Shown here in pieces: positions 21,253 through 30,701 of a DNA stretch of 64,000 nucleotides (the stretch's first letter is position 1; each line of letters begins with the position of its first letter). The stretch is from positions 1,856,001 to 1,920,000 of the forward strand of contig OY782781.1 in assembly GCA_963678315.1 (NCBI GenBank), in the 5' to 3' direction. Position numbers and translations under genes: made by a program. Below the pieces are notes generated by a model that was not told the DNA's origin, searched no databases, and was given only the letters and a program-made list of their open reading frames with translations. The DNA comes from Candidatus Cloacimonadales bacterium (GTDB lineage: Bacteria; Cloacimonadota; Cloacimonadia; Cloacimonadales; JAFGVF01).

Positions 21253-22209
21253 TTAGTTATAACCCAACTTATACTTAATATATGATGCAAGTTCTGAATT
21301 AAATAGTATTGAATTATTTTTATCAATTGTAATACGTTCATTAAAATATGAAATAGGCAATTTTTTTTCTTCATTAGAAATAATGTCGTGAACAACAACT
21401 ACTTCATTATTTTTACTCAATATTAGAAAAGCAGTTTCTTGATTGAAATCAACTATCAATGTACCTATACCTTCAGAAGAAGTCTGTAGCTCAGTGTAAT
21501 CATTAATTGTTGAGTTGAAAACAAACATAATCTTGCCAACTTTAAGTACATTATTTTTGTTTAAATTGATTGTAAAACGTTGCTCTTCACTTTTGCATAA
21601 AATATTATAAACTTCATCACTGTTATCAGTACATGAAATTATGTTACCATTTACATTATCTTTAAAGTCGACTAGGTAATTACAACTTGCTGAAGTCTCC
21701 ATTGTGATGCTCTCGGGTTTTCTGTATCTACTGTCATGATGTCTCTTTGAAGGGATATCTTTTGTGGAAATTAAATCATCTTCAACAGTTTCTTCTATAA
21801 TAGGGCAAGGCTCATCTGATTTAATTTGATGTCTTGGTTTAAGTGAAACTGATATAAATCCTGGTTCTAATGATAGTCCCGAACCTGAAATTGCATCGAT
21901 AAGAATTCCTCCAATACCACCCCAGATTATGTTTCCTAAAATAATTGCATCGGCTTGTGGCTTAATCTCTAAGTAAGTATTGCGATAACCTTCTTTTGAT
22001 ATAATAACATCATAAGACTTCTTTCTAAGCAAATTGAATGTGCTAGGTGTTTTTGCTTCATAATAATCATTATTTGATTTAACTACTACTTTAGCGTCTT
22101 CAGGTGTTGATCTAATCGTAACGTTTTGACGATTTCCACGAGTAATTGTAGCACAAGCAACAGTTGATAAAATAAATATAATGAAAACTAATAATTTGAA
22201 TAGTCTCAT
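21253..22209 (-). CDS. Lipoprotein with N-terminal PEGA-like domain and unknown C-terminal region
   Basis: Lipobox TVAC. CATI..G..Q.V.I.STP..A.V, KTP, ISKEGY, GN...GG..G..ID..SG pattern. Confidence 0.65.
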   Translation of the reverse strand: MRLFKLLVFIIFILSTVACATITRGNRQNVTIRSTPEDAKVVVKSNNDYYEAKTPSTFNLLRKKSYDVIISKEGYRNTYLEIKPQADAIILGNIIWGGIGGILIDAISGSGLSLEPGFISVSLKPRHQIKSDEPCPIIEETVEDDLISTKDIPSKRHHDSRYRKPESITMETSASCNYLVDFKDNVNGNIISCTDNSDEVYNILCKSEEQRFTINLNKNNVLKVGKIMFVFNSTINDYTELQTSSEGIGTLIVDFNQETAFLILSKNNEVVVVHDIISNEEKKLPISYFNERITIDKNNSILFNSELASYIKYKLGYN

Positions 22210-22475
22210 AAATCCTCCCTTTGATGATACTAGTTAAAGAATAAGATTTTGTTTCGTCAAGTTAAAAAAGTAAATGTGGCAGAAAATAATATTATAATAA
22301 AAGTTATAAACTTAAAACAAATCAAGTAATATTTATAAAACTATGTTGAATAATTATATATCTAATAAAGTTAATGTAAAATATACTTTGATGTTAATAA
22401 ATAGTTAAGAAAACTCTTGTAAATATATGCAAATAGATTAATTTGTAGGAAAATATTATTAAGATAGGAGAATTA

Positions 22476-23774
22476 ATGTTTGAAACTATTTTACAAGAGA
22501 TTTATAGTGTTTATTTAAGTTTAGCACCTTATCTCTTTATAGGATTAACCTTTGCTGGAGCACTGCATATTTTTGTAGGAACAAAACTAATTACACGCTA
22601 TATGGGAAAGAAAGGCTTTTGGTCATCAGTCAAGGCTTCATTATTAGGAGTACCAATGCCTTTATGTTCGTGTGGCGTTATACCAACTGCTTTTCAACTA
22701 AGAAAGAGTGGGGCTTCAAAAGGAGCAACAGTTTCTTTCTTGATTTCAACACCTCAAACGGGTATTGATTCTATTATTCCAACTTATGCTATGCTAGGAC
22801 CAATCTTCGCTGCATTTAGGCCAATATATGCTTTGATTTCTGGTGTATTAGGTGGAACGATAACCGATAACTTTGTTAAGAATGTAAAGGATGAACATTT
22901 AGTTGTTGAAGATTCTTGTTCAAGTGGGTGCTGTTCAAGTGGACATGACCATGGACATTCGCATGGGGAAAAGAAAGGCAATAAGTTTGTTGAGTTTATA
23001 AGATACGCTTATGGCGAGTTTTTAGATGACTTAACTCCGCAACTAATTGTTGGTATTATTCTTGCTGGACTAATCTCAATAATTCCAGATTCAATCTTTT
23101 CCATCGTGGAAGGTAGTTACCTTCTTCAATTATTACTAGTTTTAGCAATAGGTATACCTTTATATGTATGTGCAACAAGTTCAATCCCAATAGCCTTAGC
23201 ATTGATGGCAAAAGGATTAACACCAGGAGCTGCATTTGTCTTCTTGGTAGTAGGACCAGCAACAAATGTAGCAACTATAACCTTAATAACAAATGCACTT
23301 GGTAAGAAGATTGTTTCTTTATACGTCGGAATAATTGCTGTTACTGGTATTATTGGAGGTCTTATCTTAGACTATATCCATAATGTAGTAGGATTTGATT
23401 TACATGCTAGCATGGATCATCATGGAGGACATGGGGAAGACTCTACTTTCTTAACTATCTTAACAGTTTTATTCTCAGTCTTCTTTGCTATTTCAATCTT
23501 CAAGTATATTAGAGGTAAAATTAGAAAGTTTAATAGTCCAAAAGGAACAAAAACAGAGAGTGTTAACATGAATAAAAGAAAAGAAAAGGTATTTAAAGTT
23601 ACATCAATGACCTGTAATCACTGCAAGGCAAATATTACTAAAGCACTTGAGAAGGTTAATGCTATTGAAAGTTTCAATATTGATTTAGAAAGAAAACTAA
23701 TTACTGTTCAATCTAATCTTACACAAGATGAAATAAAAGCTCTTATAGAAGGTGCTGGATATCCTGTAGATTAG
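22476..23774 (+). CDS. DUF318/SO_0444-type metal permease fused to a C-terminal HMA domain
   Basis: PLCSCGVIP, STPQTGIDS, PLYVCATSSIP, GPATN; His/Cys-rich loop; MTCNHC at the C-terminus. Confidence 0.88.
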   Translation: MFETILQEIYSVYLSLAPYLFIGLTFAGALHIFVGTKLITRYMGKKGFWSSVKASLLGVPMPLCSCGVIPTAFQLRKSGASKGATVSFLISTPQTGIDSIIPTYAMLGPIFAAFRPIYALISGVLGGTITDNFVKNVKDEHLVVEDSCSSGCCSSGHDHGHSHGEKKGNKFVEFIRYAYGEFLDDLTPQLIVGIILAGLISIIPDSIFSIVEGSYLLQLLLVLAIGIPLYVCATSSIPIALALMAKGLTPGAAFVFLVVGPATNVATITLITNALGKKIVSLYVGIIAVTGIIGGLILDYIHNVVGFDLHASMDHHGGHGEDSTFLTILTVLFSVFFAISIFKYIRGKIRKFNSPKGTKTESVNMNKRKEKVFKVTSMTCNHCKANITKALEKVNAIESFNIDLERKLITVQSNLTQDEIKALIEGAGYPVD

Positions 23775-23802
23775 TATAGTTTAGGTTAAACCCAAATTAA
23801 CA

Positions 23803-23834
23803 AAAGGGAGAAGTTATTTTCGACTTCTCCCTTT
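23803..23834. terminator. Bidirectional terminator
   Basis: AAAGGGAGAAGT...ACTTCTCCCTTT between convergent genes. Confidence 0.8.
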
Positions 23835-23855
23835 ATCTATATCAAATATTTTAAA

Positions 23856-25673
23856 CTAATTTCCTTCAGGTTTCTTTTCTGAACGCTTTCTATCTAAGTG
23901 ATTAAGAATTTTCTTTCTCATACGAATAGCGTCAGGTGTTACTTCAAGTAATTCATCATCACCAATGTATTCTAAGGCTTGTTCTAAACTAAATTTCCTT
24001 GGTGGAGCAAGTTTAATAGCATCGTCAGAACCTGATGCACGAACATTAGTAAGCTTCTTACCTTTGATTACATTAATCATAAGGTCAGAATCTTTGCTGT
24101 GTTGTCCAACAACCATGCCAGCGTAAACTTTTGTATTTGGTTCAATGAAGAGTGTTCCTCTTGGCTGGAAGTTGTTTAGGGAATATCCTAAGGCTACACC
24201 ATTCTCCATAGCAATAAGAGAACCATGTTTAGAACCCATGATTTCACCTTTATGTGGTTCGAATTCGTAGAAAGAATGGTTGAGAATACCAGTACCTCTA
24301 GTTTCAGTCATGAACTCATTTCTAAAACCGATAAGTCCACGTGCTGGAACAGTGAATTCTGCTCTAGAATATCCGTCAACTGCAGAAGTCATGTTAACTA
24401 ATTCACCTTTACGTTTACCCATCATCTCAATAACAGTACCCACATGTTCTTCGGCAACATCAACAATAGCCATTTCGATAGGTTCATGAAGTCTGCCATC
24501 AATTTCTTTATATATAACTTTTGGTTTAGATACTTGGAGTTCAAATCCTTCTCTTCTCATATTCTCGATAAGAATTGAAAGTTGTAGTTCACCTCTACCT
24601 TTTACAATATAGGTATCAGCTGAAGAAGTTCTTTCTACTACTAGAGAAATATTTGTTTGAAGCTCTTTTTGTAGTCTTTCCCAAATCTTTTTAGTTGTAA
24701 CCCATTTACCAGACTGTCCTACAAATGGAGAATCATTAACCATGAATTCCATTGCTAAGGTAGGCTCATCTATATCGATTACTGGTAATGATATTGGTTC
24801 ATCTTTGCAGGCAATAGTTTCTCCTACATCGACTTTTTCTAATCCTGCGATAGTCGCAATATCTCCTGCAAAAGCTTTATCTACAGATGTCTTCTTTAAT
24901 CCTTCATAAGTAAAGATTTTGGTAACTTTATAGTTTATAACTTGTCCATCACGCTTCATAAGTTTAACTTCATCAGATACTGCAACAGAACCATTGTGTA
25001 TTTTACCAGTACCCATTTTGCCCAGGTAGTTGTCGTATTCAATAGCAGAAACTTGCATTTGAAGAGGTTTGTTAATATCTCCTTCTGTATCAGGAACTTC
25101 TTTGAGAATAACATCTAATAAAGGAAAGATATTATCAGATTCATCTTCTAGCTCTTTCATAGCATAACCTTCTTTAGCAGAAGCATATACAACAGGAAAG
25201 TCAAGCTGATCTTCGTTAGCATTAAGTTCAACGAATAAATCAAAAATCATATCAAGAACATCATGTGGTCTTGCTTTAGGTCTGTCTATCTTATTGATTA
25301 CCACAATTGGGTTTAATCCTAATTCTAAAGTTTTTTTAAGAACATACTTTGTTTGTGGCATAGGACCTTCGTACGCATCAACTAAAAGTAGAACTGAATC
25401 AACCATTTTCATGATACGTTGAACCTCACCACCAAAGTCAGCATGACCAGGAGTATCTACAATATTGATTTTATAGTCTTTATAGAATAGAGACGCATTT
25501 TTTGAGAAAATAGTAATTCCTCTCTCTTTTTCTAAATCATTAGAGTCCATAACTCTTTCTTCAACTTTCTCATTTTCTCTAAAAACTCCAGCTTGCTTTA
25601 AAGCTGCATCAACTAGCGTAGTTTTACCATGGTCAACATGAGCAATGATTGCTATGTTCTTAATCTTCTGCAT
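23856..25673 (-). CDS. typA: Translational GTPase TypA/BipA
   Basis: [42 protein letters not shown]. Confidence 0.98.
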   Translation of the reverse strand: MQKIKNIAIIAHVDHGKTTLVDAALKQAGVFRENEKVEERVMDSNDLEKERGITIFSKNASLFYKDYKINIVDTPGHADFGGEVQRIMKMVDSVLLLVDAYEGPMPQTKYVLKKTLELGLNPIVVINKIDRPKARPHDVLDMIFDLFVELNANEDQLDFPVVYASAKEGYAMKELEDESDNIFPLLDVILKEVPDTEGDINKPLQMQVSAIEYDNYLGKMGTGKIHNGSVAVSDEVKLMKRDGQVINYKVTKIFTYEGLKKTSVDKAFAGDIATIAGLEKVDVGETIACKDEPISLPVIDIDEPTLAMEFMVNDSPFVGQSGKWVTTKKIWERLQKELQTNISLVVERTSSADTYIVKGRGELQLSILIENMRREGFELQVSKPKVIYKEIDGRLHEPIEMAIVDVAEEHVGTVIEMMGKRKGELVNMTSAVDGYSRAEFTVPARGLIGFRNEFMTETRGTGILNHSFYEFEPHKGEIMGSKHGSLIAMENGVALGYSLNNFQPRGTLFIEPNTKVYAGMVVGQHSKDSDLMINVIKGKKLTNVRASGSDDAIKLAPPRKFSLEQALEYIGDDELLEVTPDAIRMRKKILNHLDRKRSEKKPEGN

Positions 25674-25906
25674 TATTTTTCCTTCTTCAATAATTCTTTT
25701 GGGTTACTCCTATTTATAAGTGCTATTTTAGTCAAGTTAAAGCAGATAAATTTTTATTTACACTATTAAGCTCTTATACATAGATATTTGAAAACCTATA
25801 ATTAAGATAGTAAGATTAGCTTTTAGCTTTTGAGATATAAAATATTTCTTGTCAATTTGTGATTTTGCATATAGTTTTGTAACATAATAATATTAATGGG
25901 GGAATT

Positions 25907-27013
25907 ATGTTCAAAAAGTTGATTATTAGTTTGGTTATGTTGGCAGCATTAATTTCTATTTCTGCAACAAATTACTTTTTCTTAGATGATGAAGTTTTCG
26001 ATGCAAGGTCAGCAAGTATGGGAAATACAAGTCTTCTTTCAACTAGGGGGAGTAATGCCCTTTTTACAAATCCGGGACTCTTAATTGATTATGACAATCT
26101 AGATTTAAAAGTCACGGGCCGTGGACGCTATCATAATACTGAAGATAAGGGATATTACAATGATAAAGAGATTGTTGAAACAGATATGTGCTTCGGATCT
26201 CTTGCGCTAAGTAAATCTATTACAACAGATTTCAGCAAGATTGCTTTTGGCCTTGGAGTAAATAGGCTCAAAAACTTTAAATATGAAACAGTCGATGGTT
26301 ATAAGGAAAAGGGTGCATTAAACATGCTTGCCTTGGGCATTGGTATTGATTATAAAGGTGTGCTAGACATTGGTCTTGCTTATAATAAAAGCTTTGCCAG
26401 TGATACAGAAATGTTTGCTTCAAGTGATATGGCTGATATAGAAGCTGAATATTTACTATTCTCTTTAAACGTAAATATTGAAAATATTACATTAGCTTTA
26501 AGTTATAAAGATAAGTATGAACTTAAACCAGAAGAGAACTTAGAAGAATGGGGAGGTGTTGAATTTCCTGCTGAATTGAAGCTAGGACTTTCTGTAGATG
26601 TAGATTCTAGATTGTCCTTATATGGTGAAGTTATGCAAAAGAAGATGTCTGATTATAAATGGCTTGAAGGTGGATTTAAACCTTTTAAGGCTTATGATGA
26701 TATTTATGATTTTGGATTTGGTATGGAATACTCCACTTATTATGATTTAAGACTAGGGATATTTAGAAAAGCTGTAGATCGTTTTAGCGATGTTGATGAA
26801 GAATTTCTATACCAATATGGTTATACTTTAGGATATGGAGCTGAACTGATTGATAACTTTACATTGGATTTATACTTTCAAAATTCATTCTTAAATGATG
26901 ACTCTGTTCGTGATGCTTGGGATGGTACTGGAGAGAATTTTGAAGAAAAGACTGAATTAGATAATTTATATATTAATTTTGGCCTTACTTTAGGTTATCA
27001 ATTTGATATGTAA
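25907..27013 (+). CDS. Outer-membrane beta-barrel, FadL/PorV-like
   Basis: Signal peptide, ARSASMG...ALFTNPGLL motif, alternating beta-strands, C-terminal LGYQF. Confidence 0.7.
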   Translation: MFKKLIISLVMLAALISISATNYFFLDDEVFDARSASMGNTSLLSTRGSNALFTNPGLLIDYDNLDLKVTGRGRYHNTEDKGYYNDKEIVETDMCFGSLALSKSITTDFSKIAFGLGVNRLKNFKYETVDGYKEKGALNMLALGIGIDYKGVLDIGLAYNKSFASDTEMFASSDMADIEAEYLLFSLNVNIENITLALSYKDKYELKPEENLEEWGGVEFPAELKLGLSVDVDSRLSLYGEVMQKKMSDYKWLEGGFKPFKAYDDIYDFGFGMEYSTYYDLRLGIFRKAVDRFSDVDEEFLYQYGYTLGYGAELIDNFTLDLYFQNSFLNDDSVRDAWDGTGENFEEKTELDNLYINFGLTLGYQFDM

Positions 27014-27046
27014 TTAATTATAATATAATAAATATTTAATTTTTAT

Positions 27047-27084
27047 GAACCTTCAAGGACTAAGTCCTTTGAAGGTTCTTTTTT
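27047..27084 (+). terminator. Intrinsic terminator
   Basis: GAACCTTCAAGGAC-TAA-GTCCTTTGAAGGTTC followed by T6. Confidence 0.85.
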
Positions 27085-27100
27085 ATTGCCAATAGCAAGA

Positions 27101-27860
27101 GATACTTGACCCTTACTTGCCTCTTTGAAAAAAAGCCGATTTTTCAATGAGACCCTTAAGGAAGGAGTTAGCAGTGAGGAACGGCTGTTCCTCTAAATTA
27201 AAAAAGAAGGAAGAGAATTGAACTCCATTTTATCGCCCATGGTTAAAACCATGGGCTCTTTACTGATTTACCCTTACAGGGCATAAATACCTTTATGTCC
27301 CTTGGGGACATATCACCACAAAGCCCATGATTTCAATCGTGGGTGATGTGATAATTGATAAGAATGTTCAAGAGTTTAGAAGTTTGTTTGTTTAGATGTT
27401 CTGGAGTTGGATATGTGAATATTGGTGATATTCGTGGCTAAATAGTTATAGATTGATAATGAAAAGTGGATGAATTTTAGTCCCAAAGGGACGACATATA
27501 TTAGCATGGGGTCTTGCACCCCATGTACAATGACAAAAATGATTTTAGTCCCAAAGGGACGACATAGATTTTAGTCCGGTGCAGATAGATTCTGAATTGA
27601 TGATTGATGATTTGATGATGGAGTGTAAGCATCCACCGATAGGCTGAACATACTTCATGTTCACGCAAAGTAAAGTGTTTTATCGTAGTTGTTTAATGTA
27701 TTGTATTGTAGGGGTGTGATGCTCACACACTGGGCGTATGCCATACTCATACTCCTACGAGGTTAATGTATTGCTGATGTTTTACAGCTAGAAGCTTGAG
27801 TACCAAACAATGATGGAGTGAAAGCATCAGGCGTTAAATTGAAGGAACTTCATGCTCACA
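27101..27860 (+). repeat. Palindromic mosaic locus B (M2, linker, M5, M4, M1, GTAG-REP doublet, degenerate M1)
   Basis: M2 at 27111-27161; M5 at 27235-27343; M4 at 27479-27566; M1 at 27619-27666 and 27814-27860; GTAG..CTAC at 27708-27758. Segment 27101-27666 is an inverted homologue of 58185-58797. Confidence 0.92.
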
Positions 27861-28111
27861 GCATTCGAACCGAACACAATCCATACTTGATCTTTCTTAA
27901 AAGGAATCAATTTAACAAATCAATAAAACATTATTGATAGTGTAGAAAAGATATAATGAAATTTGAAAATATAAACATTAATCATATCGATAAATAAAAT
28001 ACAGAAAGAAAATTAAGCACAATTATAGAAATACTACTTAATAACTAGAAAATTATAAAAGCCTATGATTAAAGGTGTAAAAAATTAAAAACAAAAAATG
28101 CAATAAAAATA

Positions 28112-28167
28112 TTGACAGTAAAAGCAATTAATATATAGGTGACTTATCGATATAATTATAACGATAA
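28112..28167 (+). promoter_or_regulatory. Sigma70-type promoter plus 24-bp palindromic operator candidate for the hydrogenase operon
   Basis: TTGACA at 28112. TTATCGATATAATTATAACGATAA at 28144-28167 is palindromic except for one pair. Confidence 0.6.
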
Positions 28168-28188
28168 TAATTTAGAAGAGGAAGTATT

Positions 28189-28473
28189 ATGACAATAACA
28201 GTATGTGCTGGTAGTTCATGTAGTCATAGAGGCTCACAAAGAGTTGTAGAATATTTAGTAGATTACATTAGTATCAATTCTTTGCAAGACAGATGGAAGT
28301 TGAAAGCTTCTTTCTGCATGAAAGCTTGTGGAGAACATTACTGTGTAACAATTGATGACTTCCTAATCAAACTTCTGCCAAGTGCAGATTACAAAAGATT
28401 TTTTAGAGAATTGCATAAGACTAATAACCTTCCTAATATTGCAGGAATTACATGGAGTAAGATCAATGAATAA
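28189..28473 (+). CDS. Small thioredoxin-like [2Fe-2S] ferredoxin (HfsA-like)
   Basis: VCAGSSCSHRGS...ASFCMKACG (Cx4C...Cx3C). Confidence 0.8.
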   Translation: MTITVCAGSSCSHRGSQRVVEYLVDYISINSLQDRWKLKASFCMKACGEHYCVTIDDFLIKLLPSADYKRFFRELHKTNNLPNIAGITWSKINE

Positions 28474-28966
28474 ATATGGCAGCTTAGCAGAAAAAATAAT
28501 TGAAAGAGATCCTAATGGATTAGTTGTCTTGGATGATAAATTAAACATTGTTCAATTTAACAAAGCTTTCTTAAAAATATTCAATATACTTCCAACTCAT
28601 AAGATTATTGGAGAAAACGTTAATGATGTTTTAACTCAAGAGATATTTGCAAGTGAAGATATTGTAAAAGAAAATGGGACAGTTAAGCATCACCATAGAT
28701 CTGGAAAGTTTGTTAAGGCTGTTACTTTCAAATTAGAAGAAGAGAATTTAAATGCCTGTTTCTTTGTTAACATCACTGATTCATTCCATAGTAAAAGAAA
28801 ACTTCAGTTAATGAAAACTGAAACTATCAAGAAAGCTCAATTCGTAATTGATAATCAAATGAGAGTTGCTCAAGAGATTGCAAGTCTACTTGGAGAAACT
28901 ACAGCAGAGTCAAAAGTTACATTATTACAATTGATAGACATCTTGAAAGAGGAAGGAGAAATCTAG
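28466..28966 (+). CDS. PAS-domain protein with HydS/HfsB-type C-terminal helix, lacking a hydrogenase domain
   Basis: ATG at 28466 with GGAG RBS, overlapping the upstream stop. PAS pattern IIERDPNGLVVLD...FNKAF. Tail QMRVAQEIASLLGETTAESKVTL. Confidence 0.8.
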   Translation: MNKYGSLAEKIIERDPNGLVVLDDKLNIVQFNKAFLKIFNILPTHKIIGENVNDVLTQEIFASEDIVKENGTVKHHHRSGKFVKAVTFKLEEENLNACFFVNITDSFHSKRKLQLMKTETIKKAQFVIDNQMRVAQEIASLLGETTAESKVTLLQLIDILKEEGEI

Positions 28967-30153
28967 TGCTTTCTGCAAGAAAAGAGACAAAAATGTGGGA
29001 TTTGCACTTAGAAATAGCTAAATCCCAATTAAATAAACATAATGAAATACTATGCGGTGATTCAATTATAATTGATAAAGATTATAATAGAGAAACAGCT
29101 TCAGTAATTCTTTCAGATGGGCTTGGTTCTGGTGTTAAGGCTAACATCTTATCAACTCTAACAACCAAGATTATTTCTGTAATGTTACAGAATGGTCGTT
29201 CAATTGATGAGATTGTTAACACACTAACTGACACTTTACCAACATGTAATGTTCGTAAGTTGGCATATTCTACTTTCTCAGTAGCTCAATTTGGACCAGA
29301 TGGACTACTTCATTTAGTAGAATATGATAATCCACCAGCTTTTTTAATCAGAGATGGTAAAACACTTAAATTAGATTACAGTCAACGTGAAATTAATGGT
29401 AAGAAAATTAACGAAGCAACTGTAGCGGTTAAAGAAGGTGATTTGCTAGTATTCGTTTCAGATGGTGAAACACATGCTGGTATTGGTGGAATCTGGAATC
29501 TTGGTTGGGGGTGGTCACACATAGCTGAATTTATCGAAAGAATTAGTAAGAAGAAAATGTCTTCTAAGGATGTAGCTTTTGAAATAACCAATGTGGCTAA
29601 TGAGTTATATGCTAATGAACCTGGTGATGATACTTCAGCAGTAGTATGTAGAATTAGAAGAAAAAACTTTGCAACAATGTTAGTTGGTGCACCTCAGAAC
29701 AATGATAATGATAAAGAAATAGTTAATAAACTAATCAATGGTGAGGGTAGAATCATCGTTTGTGGTGGAACAACTTCTAATATTGTTTCTAGAGAGTTAG
29801 GTCGTAAGCTGGAAGTTGATTTATCAACTATTAAAGCAGGAATTCCACCTATCGGTAATTTAGAAGGTGTAGATCTTTGCACTGAAGGAATTATAACTAT
29901 TAGCAGAGCTTTAGAAATGCTCAAAAACAAGCCAAATTACAAAAGATTAGAATTAAGTACTGATGCTGTAAGTAGATTGGTGAAAGAACTATTACTTGTA
30001 GATGAAATTATTATTATGATAGGACAATCCTTAAACAGTGCTCATCAAGCTTCTAACATGCCTAAAGAGTTTGGTATGAAGAGAAAGATTATGGAATCGA
30101 TAGCTGATGAATTAACTGAGTTAGGAAAAGTAGTTCATCTAGAATATTATTAA
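28966..30153 (+). CDS. SpoIIE/PP2C-family Ser/Thr phosphatase (HfsC-like, hydrogenase-associated)
   Basis: LCGDS, LSDGLGSGVKANILS, FVSDG, PGDDTS; C-terminal VCGGTTS...LCTEG domain. Confidence 0.88.
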   Translation: MLSARKETKMWDLHLEIAKSQLNKHNEILCGDSIIIDKDYNRETASVILSDGLGSGVKANILSTLTTKIISVMLQNGRSIDEIVNTLTDTLPTCNVRKLAYSTFSVAQFGPDGLLHLVEYDNPPAFLIRDGKTLKLDYSQREINGKKINEATVAVKEGDLLVFVSDGETHAGIGGIWNLGWGWSHIAEFIERISKKKMSSKDVAFEITNVANELYANEPGDDTSAVVCRIRRKNFATMLVGAPQNNDNDKEIVNKLINGEGRIIVCGGTTSNIVSRELGRKLEVDLSTIKAGIPPIGNLEGVDLCTEGIITISRALEMLKNKPNYKRLELSTDAVSRLVKELLLVDEIIIMIGQSLNSAHQASNMPKEFGMKRKIMESIADELTELGKVVHLEYY

Positions 30154-30197
30154 CAAATAAAAAAAACAAAAAATACAAAAAGAATATGGAGGAGTCG

Positions 30198-30701
30198 ATG
30201 CACAAGACTGAGACTGTTCAAGAACCATTAAGAAACTTTACAAAAGTAAAGGAAATCGTGGAAAGATGTGGTACTGAAAGAAGCGCTTTAATACCAGTAT
30301 TACAAGCAATTCAAGGTGAATTTAGATATTTACCACAAGAGATGTTATCATTCGTAGCTACAGCAATGAAAATCCCTCAAGCAGAGGTATTCGGGGTAGC
30401 AACTTTCTATGCTCAATTCTCAATTGAACCTAAAGGAAAACACATTGTGCAAGTATGTGATGGTACAGCTTGTCACGTTAGAGGATCACAAGCAGTTATT
30501 AATAAATTTGCTAGAGATCTAGGTATTCCTGAAGGTAAAACAACTACTGAAGATTTATATGTTACATTGGAAACTGTATCATGTCTGGGAGCATGTGCTT
30601 TAGCACCTGCAGTTGTAGTTGATGGTAAAGTATATGGCAATGTTAACTTAGATGATATTGCTAGAATTATCGTAGAAATGAAGGAGACAGACGATGAGTA
30701 A
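30198..30701 (+). CDS. hydC: Electron-bifurcating [FeFe]-hydrogenase subunit HydC (NuoE-like)
   Basis: VCDGTACHVRG, VSCLGACALAP. GGAGGAG RBS before the ATG at 30198. Confidence 0.92.
   Translation: MHKTETVQEPLRNFTKVKEIVERCGTERSALIPVLQAIQGEFRYLPQEMLSFVATAMKIPQAEVFGVATFYAQFSIEPKGKHIVQVCDGTACHVRGSQAVINKFARDLGIPEGKTTTEDLYVTLETVSCLGACALAPAVVVDGKVYGNVNLDDIARIIVEMKETDDE

Noticed and set aside
27101..27860. tRNA, tmRNA, riboswitch or group I/II intron
   Set aside because: No cloverleaf/T-loop or recognisable aptamer or intron motifs. Modules change order and orientation between copies, unlike a single fixed RNA.
28382..28465. Longer GTG start for the PAS protein, or a frameshifted fusion with the upstream ferredoxin
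   Set aside because: ATG 28466 has a GGAG RBS and a typical ATGAATAA overlap; the extension has no HydS-like motifs.
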